A stretch of 64,000 bases of DNA from Macrostomum lignano (Eukaryota): positions 1-64,000 of the forward strand of contig NIVC01002179.1 in the NCBI GenBank assembly GCA_002269645.1, read 5' to 3'. Below, in pieces: positions 12,571-25,700 of this stretch (position 1 is the first letter of the stretch; the number at the start of each line of letters is the position of its first letter). The position numbers and the translations under genes were made by a program. The notes under the pieces are model-generated. The model was not told where the DNA came from. It was given only the letters and a program-made list of their open reading frames with translations, and did no database searches.

Positions 12571-13046
12571 AGTTTAATCAGCATATGAGTATAAGTACAC
12601 AGTATTTCTGCATAATTTCTTTTTACACAAATTTGATTTGATTTTTTCCCGATGTTTTCTTTATCGATATTGTGATTTTTCTATTACAACTCAGATAGTG
12701 CAAAGCATCGTTTTCTATTGATTTTTACTCGCTTATTTTTTCTTTTTATCTGAAATTGGATTTTCAATGCTAAATTGAATTGCAATAATCGTGTACTTGC
12801 AGTATTTTTATGAGTTTTTCTGGACAAATTTTTACGTGATAATTTTTATGCAAGTCAAATGGTGCTACAAATTACCTTCCTAATTTGTTTTAATTTGCTA
12901 TTGTGATTGATAATTATAAATATATTGAAATCAAAATGGTTTTTAGCAAACATTGACTTGTTTTTTTTTTAAGTTTTAGTATTTCCTTAGTTATCATTTA
13001 GTTTTTAAAGGCGAATTAACAGCAATATAAAACTCACTTTACATTC

Positions 13047-16000
13047 ATGAGTAATCCAGCATCGTTAGAAATTGACCAGAAGCAGTTCGAGCCGAAAGGC
13101 TTGGAGACTGGCAAGTTAGAAACTATGACATCCGAGTCTGTAGGCGTTCAACCGGACAGTGCAAAAGAAGACTCGGCTGAGAAGCCGCTTAACTATCTAA
13201 ACTCTTCGCAATTCACATCTGAGTTGTTCAAAATTGAAGTGAAGAATTTTCGGCCCTATACAACTGTTGCTATGCTGAAAAAGCGAATGCAGAGCTTAGG
13301 CCTGGAGCCGCACAAAGTGAAAGTAATGCCGAATAGTTGGATGGCTTTTGTGACGTTTAAGAATGCGGATCAGCGGGATAAGGCTCTGTCTGTTCTGCCT
13401 GTGAGTTGCAATTTTGTATCATTTCTGTGCAGTTTATGCAAGATGAGGAGTAAGTGACAGCATGAGTAATAGAGGCTGTAGAAACTACTCTCATAAGCTA
13501 ATGTCAGGGGCTCCTAAATGAGTGTTAAAGGCTCCTAAATAAGTGTCAGGGGCTCCTAAATGAGTGTTAGAGGCTCCTAAATAAGTGTTAGAGGCTCCTA
13601 AATAAGTGTCAGGGGCTCCTAAATAAGTGTTAGAGGCTCCTAAATGAGTGTTAGGGGCTCCTTAATAAGTGTTAGAGGCTCCTAAATAAGTGTCAGGGGC
13701 TCCTAAATGAGTGTCAGGGGCTCCTAAATAAGTGACAGGGGCTCCTAAATAAGTGTCAGGGGCTCCTAAATGAGTGTTAGAGGCTCCTAAATTAATGTTA
13801 GGTCTCCTAAATTAGTGTCAGGGGCTCCTTAATAAATGTCAGGGGCTCCTAAATAAAAGTTAGGGCTCCTAAATAAGTGTCAGGGGCTCCTAAATAAGTG
13901 TCAGGGCTCCTAAATGAGTGTCAGGGCTTCTAAATATGTCAGAGACTCCTACGAGCGTAAATAAGTGTCAGATCCTCCTCAAAGTAAAGTTTCAGGAGTT
14001 CCTAATGTAGTTTCAGGAGCTCTTAAAGTAGTGTCAGGGGCACTTGTAAGTAAAGTGTCAGGAGTTCCTACATGGGTATCAAGGGCTTAGACATGTGCCA
14101 GGCTCTAATACTCTTTTGACTTTAAACGAGTGTCAGGATCTTTGAAACTGGCTAGTATCAGGCTCCTAAACTAGTATAAGGCCTCTCAAAGTAGTAAGTA
14201 AAAAGTGTCAGTGGCTCCAGCTGCTGTACTTTGCCAATTCAAAGGGCCACATCTGGCGCGGTCAGGCTCTGACAGCGAAGCTCGCCAAACCCAAAGCTGA
14301 TCCGTTTGGTAACGCCGCCGCAGCCGACTCCGGCCAGTCTAGCAGTGCTGCTAAACGACCTCGACTAGATACTGACACTGCTGCTGACTCCAAGCCAGCG
14401 CCATTGTCGGCAGAAGCTGCTTCTGAACTTCTTCGCGACGCTGTCACCCCTCTGTGGCGACTGGGCTACGAGGAACAATTGAAGCAGAAGAGTCAAGACA
14501 TGTCTTGCGAGGTGAAACAATTGACTAGACAGGTCGCTGCAGTTGGCGGACTTTCCGCGGAGTCTGTTGAGATGATGCCGATTGTAGCATCGCCAGTTGT
14601 TGACCAGTATCGGAACAAATGCCAGTTCACTGTGGCCTGGAGTCCGACTCAAACTGACTCGGTTGTTGTCGGCTTTCGGGTTGGTCGGTGAGGACTTTGG
14701 CTTGTTTGTTCTTTTTTAGTGTAGCTTATCATGTACACTCTTAAATTAGATGCCAAGGACTAAATTATGATCTGGATTGACATCAGATGCCATGGAGTAC
14801 TAAATTATAATCTGCATTTATATCTGATGCCATGGAGTACTAAATTATAATCTGCATTTATATCAGATGCCATGGAGTACTGAGATATAATCTGGATTTA
14901 TATCTGATGCTATGGAGTACTAAATTATCATCTAGATTTATGTCAGATGCTATGGAGTACACTCAATTACCCCAGCTAATGCTGGCACCCATTTTATCCA
15001 GGGTGAACTGAAGCAATGCAGAGTTAAGTGTCTTACTCAAAGACACAAATTGTTCCGGTGGGATCCAGGAATCGAACCCCCGACCTTTTAGTCGCGCTCT
15101 AACCAGTTAGGCTACAAACCTATGCCATGGAATATGAAATCATATACTCTGGCTTTCGATTAAATATACTATGGACTACTAAATAAAGAATCTGGCTAGG
15201 CCCTGTCTCTTTATCTCGCTTCCCTCAGCTACCGGGACGGCGAGGCGGACGTGTACCCTCCCGACACCGCGGCTGTTGTCCCAACCGTCATTCTCGCCGT
15301 TGTCCGCCGCCTCCAGGCGCTGCTAAACGAGCCCGACATGAAGCGACGTGCGCCGCCGTACGACGCTAAGCGACACGTCGGCTGCTGGAAAGCCGCCACA
15401 GTTCGTTGCAACTCCTCAAACCGGACTCTGCTGTACCTGGATATTCACCAGCCTTTCCTCACAGCGAATGACACTAGTGATGAGACTGAGATGAGTTTGC
15501 GCCATTTTATTGAGAATCGGCTTCAAAATGGGCTCCTTGGCGACCAAGACGGATGCGTGGCTTCGCTGCACGTTGTGTACACTGACCACGGCGGCGGCGA
15601 GGCCAACGGCCTCTGGCGGCATCTCGGTGGCGACCCTGACATCACCGAGACGCTGGGCAGCTTAAGCTTTCGGGTGTCTCCGGCTGCGTTTTTTCAGGTT
15701 GCTTTTTTGGTTTGGATATTATCCCCTGACAGCCCCTGTTCTTCCCCTTCAATCCTTTGGTGCTGGCGCCTCTGTTGCTGGCGCCTCTGGTGCTGGCGCC
15801 TCTGTTGCTGGCGCCTCTGGTGCTGGCGCCTCTGGTGCTGGCGCCTCTGGTGCTGGCGCCTCTGGTGCTGGCGCCTCTGGTGCTGGCGCCTCTAGTGCTG
15901 GCGTCTCTGGTGCTGGCGCCTCTGGTGCTGGCGCCTCTGGTGCTGGCGCCTCTGGTGCTGGCGCCTCTGGTGCTGGCGCCTCTGGTGCTGGCGCCTCTGG

Positions 16001-16828
16001 TGCTGGCGCCTCTGGTGCTGGCGCCTCTGGTGCTGGCGCCTCTGGTGCTGGCGCCTCTGGTGCTGGCGCCTCTGGTGCTGGCGCCTCTGGTGCTGGCGCC
16101 TCTGGTGCTGGCGCCTCTGGTGCCTGGTACTAAAGCCCCTGGTGCTGGCGCCCCTGGTGCTAAAGCTCCTGGTGCTGGTGCATTCGTTACTCTGATAGAT
16201 TAATCTGATAGAATGCACCTAATCAATAACCTACCAGGTGAACACTGCAGCTGCCGAGGTGCTTCACAATCGAATCTACTCAATGCTGCAGCACGGTGAG
16301 TCAGATTCTGACAATCAAAGTTCAGCTCTGCTTGACGTCTGCTGCGGCACTGGCACCATCGGGCTGTCTCTGGCCCGCTATTTCAGCCAGGTTTTGGGCA
16401 TCGAATTGATTGCCGATGCAGTTCGCGATGCTCAACTAAACGCCCAGCGCAACGGCATTAAGAATGCCAGTTTTGTCTGCGGCCGAGCCGAGGACACCCT
16501 GCCTAGGGAGGCCAATTTGCTAGCTGAGACGGTGTCCGATCTTCGCGTAGTGCTGGACCCGCCGCGTGGCGGCTTGCAACCGTCCGTGTTGTCAACTATC
16601 CGACGGTGTCGTTCGATCCGACGTCTCCTGTACGTGTCCTGCTGTCCCCGAGCGGCTCGGTCTAACTTTGTAGATCTGTGCCGACCGGCGTCTAATAAAT
16701 GGCGCGGGGATCCGTTTCGATTGGCTCTGGTTCAGCCGGTGGATCTGTTCCCGTTGACTAAGCACTGCGAATTGCTGCTGTTGTTTGTTAGAGAGCCTGC
16801 TGATGCTGCTGCTGATGCTAGCGAATGA
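13047..16828 (+). CDS. TRMT2A: tRNA (uracil-5-)-methyltransferase homolog A, 4 exons
   Basis: Exons 13047-13400, 14245-14687, 15229-15697, 16238-16828, GT-AG and phase-compatible. RRM: FKIEVKNF…AFVTFKNADQRDKALSVLP|GHIWRGQALTAKLAKPKADP. Also YRNKCQFT, FRVSPAAFFQ|VN, SAM motif LLDVCCGTGTIG, LDPPRGG, catalytic YVSC and VDLFPLTKHCE. Confidence 0.96.
13495..13940. repeat. 21-bp minisatellite (GTCAGGGGCTCCTAAATAAGT)n, TRMT2A intron 1
   Basis: Visible tandem units that decay toward ~14170. Confidence 0.95.
14750..14960. repeat. ~41-bp tandem repeat, TRMT2A intron 2
   Basis: About 5 copies of ATCTGATGCCATGGAGTACTAAATTATAATCTGCATTTAT. Confidence 0.9.
14961..15120 (-). mobile_element. tRNA-derived SINE, 5' portion
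   Basis: Reverse complement of the head and core of the copy at 59583 (…GGCACCCATTTT…GTGAACTGAAGCAATGCAGAG…GAATCGAACCCCCGACC…). Confidence 0.85.
15755..16180. repeat. 15-bp minisatellite (GGCGCCTCTGGTGCT)n, TRMT2A intron 3
   Basis: Near-perfect tandem units. Confidence 0.97.
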
Positions 16829-16914
16829 GTTTATCATTTTTTAGGGTTTCTTGGTTTTGACTTTTTGGTGTTTTCAGAGTTTGTGAAGCTTAGGCCAACG
16901 TTTGAGAAGTTAGG

Positions 16915-17500
16915 GGGTGTTGAAGCTTTGGGATTGTGAAGATTGGGAGATGTTGAAGATTGGAGATGCTGAAGATTAGGAGATGTTGAAGATTGGGGAT
17001 GCTGAAGATTAGGAGATGTTGAAGATTGGGGATGCTGAAGATTAGGAGATGTTGAAGATTGGGGATGCTGAAGATTAGGAGATGTTGAAGATTGGGGATG
17101 CTGAAGATTAGGAGATGCTGAAGATTAGGAGATGTTGAAGATTGGGGATGCTGAAGATTAGGAGATGTTGAAGATTGGGGATGCTGAAGATTAGGAGATG
17201 TTGAAAATTGGGGATGCTGAAGATTAGGAGATGTTGAAGATTGGGGATGCTGAAGATTAGGAGATGCTGAAGATTGGGGATGCTGAAGATTAGGAGATGT
17301 TGAAGATTGGAGATGCTGAAGATTGGGGATTTTGTAGGGGGATTGTGAAGATTGGGGGATGTTGAAGATTGGGGATGCTGAAGATTGGGGATTTTGTAGG
17401 GGGATTGTGAACATTGGGGAATGTTAAAGCTTGGGGTTTGTGAAGGTTGAGGATTGTGAAGATTGGGGTTTTGAAGTTTGGCGATTGTGAAGATTGGGGA
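16915..17500. repeat. 15/18-bp (33-bp dimer) minisatellite after the TRMT2A stop
   Basis: TGAAGATTGGGGATGCTGAAGATTAGGAGATGT units. Confidence 0.95.
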
Positions 17501-17929
17501 TTGTCAAAATCCAAATTCACAATTATATCTAATTGTGCTTTTCTGTTGGCTATAACGCCGCCTACTTTGGTGAGTTGTCTTAAAGCGTATCTATTTTTAA
17601 ATTTGTTGATTCAATGCCCTGTCTTTACTAGCTAAATAGTGTATAAATCATGCCCGCCTCTTGCTTCGGGCTAACAAGTAAAATCCCCTGTTGCTTTATC
17701 TGGTGTGTGGGATTTACCTTAAGTCATTGTGAATGTTGTCTGTCATCTTTATGTTGCTATTGTGTCTTGTATGCACAGGGTTCAATATAATATATTGTAA
17801 AGTTGACAGCTCTTTATTCAATGAAATTAATATGTTAAGCTTCTTTTTTATTTACAACGGCTTGATCTTAAGAAGTTCGTTAAAAATAAATTTCATTTTT
17901 TATCACTTATCTCCACTCACCCTATTCCA

Positions 17930-19610
17930 CTCATCACATTCCACACCCACTTATCACATTCCACACCCCACTCATCACAATCCACACCCCATTCATCACA
18001 TTCCACACCCAACTCATCACATTCCACACCCCATTCATCACATTCCACACCCACTCATCACATTCCACACCCCATTCATCACATTCCACACCCACTTATC
18101 ACATTCCACTCCCCACTCATCACATTCCACACCCCACTCATCACATTCCACACCCCATTCATCACATTCCACACCCCATTCATTACATTCCACACCCACT
18201 TATCACATTCCACTCCCCACTCATCACATTCCACACCCCACTCATCACATTCCACACCCCATTCATCACATTCCACAACCCATTCATTACATTCCACACC
18301 CCACTCATCACATTCCACACCCCATTCATCACATTCCACACCCATTCATTACATTCCACACCCCATTCATTACATTCCACACCCCACTCATCACATTACA
18401 CACCCCATTCATCACATTCCACACCCCATTCATTACATTCCACACCCCATTCATTACATTCCACACCCCACTCATCACATTCCACACCCCATTCATCACA
18501 TTCCACACCCCATTCATTACATTCCACACCCCATTCATTACATTCCACACCCCACTCATCACATTACACACCCCATTCATCACATTCCACACCCCATTCA
18601 TTACATTCCACACCCCATTCATTACATTCCAACCCCATTCATTACATTCCACACCCCACTCATCACATTCCACACCCCATTCATCACATTCCACACCCCA
18701 TTCATCACATTACACACCCCATTCATCACATTCCACACCCCATTCATCACATTCCACACCCCAGTCATCACATTCCACACCCCATTCATCACATTCCACA
18801 CCCCAGTCATCACATTCCACACCCCATTCATCACATTCCACACCCCAGTCATCACATTCCACACCCCATTCATTACATTCCACACCCACTTATCACATTC
18901 CACACCCCATTCATCACATTCCACACCCATTCATTACATTCCACACCCCATTCATTACATTCCACACCCCACTCATCACATTACACACCCCATTCATCAC
19001 ATTCCACACCCCATTCATTACATTCCACACCCCATTCATTACATTCCACACCCCACTCATCACATTCCACACCCCATTCATCACATTCCACACCCCATTC
19101 ATTACATTCCACACCCCATTCATTACATTCCACACCCCACTCATCACATTACACACCCCATTTATCACATTCCACACCCCATTCATTACATTCCACACCC
19201 CATTCATTACATTCCAACCCCATTCATTACATTCCACACCCCACTCATCACATTCCACACCCCATTCATCACATTCCACACCCCATTCATCACATTACAC
19301 ACCCCATTCATCACATTCCACACCCCATTCATCACATTCCACACCCCAGTCATCACATTCCACACCCCATTCATCACATTCCACACCCCAGTCATCACAT
19401 TCCACACCCCATTCATCACATTCCACACCCCAGTCATCACATTCCACACCCCATTCATCACATTCCACACCCCAGTCATCACATTCCACACCCCATTCAT
19501 CACATTCCACACCCCAGTCATCACATTCCACACCCCAGTCATCACATTCCACACCCCATTCATCATATTCCACACCCCATTCATCATATTCCACACCCCA
19601 TTCATTACAT
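17930..19610. repeat. 20/21-bp minisatellite (CATCACATTCCACACCCCAT/CT)n with a 585-bp higher-order duplication
   Basis: Tandem units. ORF-track features recur at an offset of exactly 585 (18329/18914, 18622/19207, 18694/19279). Confidence 0.95.
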
Positions 19611-19703
19611 TTCACTTTCTCTCAGTCCACAGGAATTCCACTGCTCAAACAAAACTTGCAGCAACCCAATAATTCCCTCTATTAAATTTCCTCCAACCGT
19701 CTC

Positions 19704-22700
19704 ATGTCGATGGCGTCTTTCGGCCAGCGGGACAGTGCAAGCAGCTCAGGTCACTCCCAGAGCAGCGGCTTGGGCGGCAACACATGCCCCGGCAACTGCT
19801 GGGCAACAACACTAGCTGATTTAGACTTCACATTCGATGCTAATGGCCGTCTGATTGACAATAAGACTGGCCAGGTGTTTGAATTTAATTATATTCGCGA
19901 CCCGTCAAAGGCTGACAGTATGCGAAGGTGAGTAGTCAGATGCGCAGGCCCACTGTTACATCCTGTATGAGAATGTTCCCAGGAGTCAACAGAATGCCTT
20001 CTCATCCTATCCCAGGTACGAACGCCTTGGAGAGGTCATAACGTCGTACATCTACCAGCTCATGCGAGACGATCACGGCATGCAAGAGCTTCCAGTCAGC
20101 GCTCTGGGTGATCCCCAGACTTTCCCGTTCGCTCCATCCCCAGCAGCGGCCGCATCGGCAGCCCAGCGCCCTGGCACCGGGTGCTGCCTTTACCTGTCGC
20201 CGCCATGTCAAGACGATGCCGATTATCTTCTTGTAATCATTCAAGGCGGCGGTGTGATCCGGGCTGGTCAGTGGTCGCGTAGGTTGATTATTAACGATTC
20301 GTTATCGAGCGGCTCTATGCTGCCCTATATTAGTCTGGGTCATCGGCTGAATATGCGCCTGCTGATACTCAATCCCAATGCCAATCGGGTAAGTTGCTAT
20401 TGATCTGTAATAATGTGCAACCGTAAAATTTAAAACAGTAGGAAATAGAGTAAGAATATGCTTAAAAGATTGTGAGTTAAAATCGGAAGTGAGTAATGAT
20501 TAGTAGCTATGATTGCTAAAACAACCGGAAGTGAATAAATAGTAGTAGCTGTGATTGCTAAAACAACCGGAAGTGAATAAATAGTAGTAGCTGTGATTAC
20601 TAAAATAACCGGAAGTGAATAAAGTTTAGTAGCTCTAATTACTAAAATAACCGGAAGTGAATAAAGTTTAGTAGCTCTAATTACTAAAATAACCGTAAGT
20701 GAATAAAGTTTAGTAGCTCTAATTACTAAAATAACCGGAAGTGAATAAAGTTTAGTAGCTCTAATTACTAAAATAACTGGAAGTGAATAAAGTTTAGTAG
20801 CTCTAATTACTAAAATAACCGGAAGTGAATATAGGTTAGTAGCTCTAATTACTAAAATAACCGGAAGTGAGTAACGGTTAGTAGCTATAATTACTAAAAT
20901 AACCGGAAGTGAATAAAGTTTAGTAGCTCTAATTACTAAAATAACCGGAAGTGAGTAACGGTTAGTAGCTATAATTACTAAAATAACCGGAAGTGAATAT
21001 AGGTTAGTAGCTCTAATTACTAAAATAACCGGAAGTGAGTAACGGTTAGTAGCTATAATTACTAAAATAACCGGAAGTTTAATCAAAGCTCTAATTGTTT
21101 TTGTAATGACTCAGACTAGCTATTTAGTTTGGCGAGAGAAACGATGCACTTAAATGAGCCGACTGCTCAATTCAATATATTTATAGGCACGAGAGCATTG
21201 CGTAATAAGAGTATTGCTACGAGTTAGTTCATCGACCAAGCCAAGTACATTATTACCGCGCAGAGCGTACACTACATCTCTCCTCATTTTGGATTAAAAG
21301 TTTTACTGCAAAAGGTTTTAAAAAATGAAAATTACCACAAATACGAGTAAAATCTTGCCAAGAAGAAACATTAATAGAGAAAATGTTACTGATTGTACAT
21401 GTAATGCCTTAGCTGGAGAATGAACAATTTTCTATCCGCAATCTCAAGACGCAAAAGCAAAATCAAACAAGATATTAGCGTCAGTCTGCCAAGCGCGAGT
21501 TATAGTTAAACCCTATAGTTCACTTTCACCTTGGCCTCTCGGGGGTGTGGTCGCAGCGCAATTGGAGGAGTCGCGGGTTCGCTCCCCGCAGCTTGCAGGA
21601 TCGGCGGTGCGGTCTCCCCGACAGGAAAATCGGGCTCTGCATCTGGCGCTACCCGCTTCAGGTCAGTGCAGTGCCGCCTGCAAACTCTGGCGCCCTGCCG
21701 AATGGTCATCGAGTCGCCCTTGACACTCTCGACCAGCCAGGGTGTCCACTCGAACGGAGTCTCGCCCTTGAGCGGATTTAGTCGGCGCCGGAGCACCGTG
21801 TCGCCGACTTTGAGCCCATGCGGTCTCGCCTGCCGTCGCTTGTCCGTGTAGCGCTTGCCCTTTGCCTTGCTGCTGGCGTCCTGCTGTCGGAGCCTCCTGT
21901 CTGCGATGGCCACCGGTCTCGACGGCCTGATTGACGGGATGGCGTCGTTTGGGACGCGACCCAAGAGCAGCTCGGCTGGTGCCCGGTTGGTGGTTCGCTG
22001 CGGCGTGCAACGGTAGGCCAGCAGCCACTCGTCAAGGGCCGCCCTCCAGTCGCGCTTCTGGGCAATGGCAGCTCGTACAACCTCATTGATGGAACGGTTC
22101 AGGCGCTCAGTGATGCCGTTGGCCTGCGGATGCAGCGGTGTGATGAGACGCTGCCGGATTCCGTAGCTGTCCAGAAAGCCTTTGAACTGGGCCGAGGAGA
22201 ATGGCGGGCCGTTATCGGTGACCAGTACCTGTGGGATGCCGAATCTGGCGAACGAATTCCTCAGCTTGGGAATCAGCGCTTCGGCCGTTGTGGTCTGGAC
22301 GATCTCGACTTCAGGGAAGCGCGAGTAGTGGTCAACGCAGACGAGCAGCATGCTGCCTTGAATGGGGCCTAGCAGGTCTGCCCCTAGTGTTAGCCATGCA
22401 GCTTTCGGGATCGGCGTCGGCTTCAGCGGCGCGGCGGTCACGTCGGCCGCGTGCGACGTAGCTGCACAGGCTCGGCAGGCACGCACGAAGAGCTCTGCTT
22501 CTGTCTGCATCCTCGGCCACCAGACTTTGGTGCTCAAACGGTCAACCGTCTTGCGCAGGCACTGATGACCGCGGTGTGCCAGGTCCAAAACCAGGCGCCG
22601 AAGCGCCATTGGAACTACGATTCTCTGGCCCCGCAGGAGCACGCCGTCTGCTGCCGATAGCTCATTCCGTAGGGCGTGGAGCGATCGCGTCTCCGCCGAC

Positions 22701-25700
22701 TCGAGGCTCCATCGTCCTGTCTCCAGCGATCGAATAGCGGCTTGAATTGTTGCATCTTGCAGCGAACTCTCTTGCACTGAGGACAGCGACAGCGCGTTCG
22801 GTATGGCCGCCTGGACGATTGCAGCGATGCAGAGGGTGTCGAGCTCTTCGCCGACATTTCTTCCTCGTGTTGGCAGCGGCTGCCGGCTCAGCACGTCCGC
22901 TGGGTTTAGTGGGCCAGGCTGGTATTCGACTGTAAATTTCATGTGCTGAATGCGCAGCGCCATTCTTTCGATCCTCGGGGGAGGCCTTGAGCCACTGCTG
23001 AACAATGCGATGAGCGGCTTGTGGTCTGTCACCACCGTAAATGTCGGAGCGCCATGCAGATAGTACTGAAATTTCAAGCAGCCGTATTTGACGGCCAGCG
23101 CCTCCTTCTCAGTCTGGGAGTAGCGCTGCTCAACATCGGACAGCGTCCGGCTGGCGTACGCGACAGGCCGGTTGGTGCCGTCCGCTTGCGTCTGCGTTAG
23201 GATCGCGCCCAGGCCCGCTGGGCCGGCGTCGACGATGAGTTGCGTCGCTAGGCGGTGGTTGAAGAAGGCGAGGGTGCCGCTGGTCGCAATCCGGGTCTTC
23301 ACGTCGTCAAAAGCTCGTTTCTCGAGGTCGGTCCATGCCCAGGGCTCGCCTTTCCTAGTCAGATTGCGCAGTGGCCTCGCTACATCCGCCAGCCCGGGGG
23401 TGAATGAGGCCAGATAGTTGACCAGGCCTAGGAACGAGCGCACCTCTGTGGCGGTCTTTGGCTCGGCAAATGCATGGATGGCTTCCAACTTGGACTGGGT
23501 TGGTCTGACACCTTCACTGGACAGCTGCATCCCCATGAACGTGACCTCGGTACGGGCGAGCTTGCATTTTAACGGATTCAGCGTCAGCCCGTGCTGCGCC
23601 AGTCGTCGCAGACATGCCTGCAGGTTGCTGTGGTGCTCCGCCACGCTGTGCCCATACACGATGATGTCGTCGTGAATCCATTTTACTTTCGGGAGTCCAG
23701 CTAGCACGGATGACATGACCGCCTGGAGAATTTCCTGGGCCGTAGACAGTCCCATACAGAGCCGTGTCAGCCGCCGCAGGCCTCGTGGTGTCGAAAAAGT
23801 CAGAAGATGGCGGCATTCGTCGGCGACTGGGATTTGATAAAATGCCTTCGCGATGTCGAGCTCTGAGAATAGCTGCGCTCCTGCCATGTCTCCCGTCACC
23901 TCCTCGAATGTCGGGATGGGATGCCGCTCTCTGATGACCGACTTGTTCAGGTCTCTCAAGTCCTGCGTAATCCTGATCTCGCCTGGAGTCTGCTTGGGCA
24001 CGACGACGATGCGGGCTACCCACGGACAGGGGCCTTCCACCGGCTCGATGATGCCTTGGTCCTCGAGGCACTGCAGCTCGGCGTCGACTGCCTGTGCGAG
24101 ATGTATTGGCACCCTTGATGGGGGATGACAGATCGGCCTCGCTCCCTCCTCCAGGAAGATGCGGGCGGCATAGTTTTTGAGCCTGCCGATTCCGCTGAAG
24201 ACTTGTGCGTTCTCCGTTAGGAGTTCGTGCAGGGCCGGTGCCCCCGGCGCATGTAGGACGTCCTTTGGGATCCCTGTTAGCATGCTGTCTAGCGAGACCT
24301 CGGGAGACGGACGCAGCTGGCATGCCACCTTGTTCTCCGGGCCGACTCGCAGAATCTAAAGTCTTTCAGCGCTTCTCCGGCCAATGATGCAAGCGCCCTC
24401 ACCGTCGAGCACCAAGAACGGTAGTGTCTCGTGGATCTCGAACACGCTGACTTGCAGGTCTGCCTTGCCCAGCAATCTCAGCGGCTCTTGGCTTCCGTAT
24501 GGGTAGACCTTGTCGCTGGCGGGCTGCAGCGCGGCTTTTTGCGGCATCCTGTCGTAGGCCGCCCTGTCGATGATGTTGCAGGCCGCGCCGCTGTCGATGA
24601 GCACCTTTGTCTTGAGCCCGTTAATTGTCGCAGGCGTCCAAGTAGAGCCGTAGTTCCTCAGGGTGAATAGCTCGTGCTCGATGGGGTCGTCTTGCAGATA
24701 TTCGACTCGACCCGGCGGAGCCTCCTCCTGCGGTTCGTCAACGGTCCTCAGAGGGACTTTAGCTGCTCCTCGACACGCCCGAGCGAAATGACCCATCTTG
24801 CCGCAGCGTCGACACGCCTTGTTACGGGCTGCCTCGCACGTCTGATGCCCTGGTCGCCCGCAGCGATCGCAGTTGATGCCGCTGTCTCTTGCCGCGGCAG
24901 CCGGCCTGGTTGTACGAGTATGGGATGGTCGGTTACGAGGTGGACGCAGCGCCGCCACATTCGAAGCGGAAGGATGGCCCGTGTCGGCTGCGGCGCCGAT
25001 CTCCATGGCCTGGGCCTGCTGCTCCGCTGCCTCCCTCGCTCGGATTCGCTTCAAAACGTCGTCTAAGGAGACATCGTTGAGCTGCAGGAGTTCCCTCCTG
25101 ATCCTCTCGGACCGGTAATGAGCCACGATCTTGTCCCTGATGAGCGAGTCTCGGAGTTCGCCGAACGTACTTTGGTCCGCAGCCTTGCGTAGCCGATGAT
25201 ACCAGGCCTCAATTGACTCTCCTTCCTCCTGCCGGCATATTTCAAACTGGTACCTGAGGAAGACAACGCTGTTCTTTTGGTCGAAGATACCCTGCAACTT
25301 TTTGATGAGCTCCTCCGCGGACTCTCTTTCTTGACGCCGTTATCGTCCATGAAGTCTTCCAGCTTCTCGCCCGCAGTGTAAACTAAGAGCTCCAGCTGCT
25401 GTGTCGCATCTGTGATGCCAGCTGCGCGTATGTAGCTGTTGAACCTTCGCGTCCAGGTTTTCCATCGCTGAGCTCTTGTCAGAGGATCGCCTTCGAGGTC
25501 AAAGGCGTCTGGTGCCGCGAGTTGCAGGGCCTGTGCCATATTTGCTGAATCACCGGTCGTTATCAGTGCGCGGGGGTTGGCCTCACTGAGAGTTTGCTTG
25601 CGACGCCATGTAATGACTCAGACTAGCTATTTAGTTTGGCGAGAGAAACGATGCACTTAAATGAGCCGACTGCTCAATTCAATATATTTATAGGCACGAG

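Noticed and set aside
23700-23760. RT motif IHDD instead of YxDD as a sign of inactivity (around 23675-23690)
   Set aside because: Non-Tyr residues at this position are common in Mag-like Gypsy RTs, and both catalytic aspartates are present.
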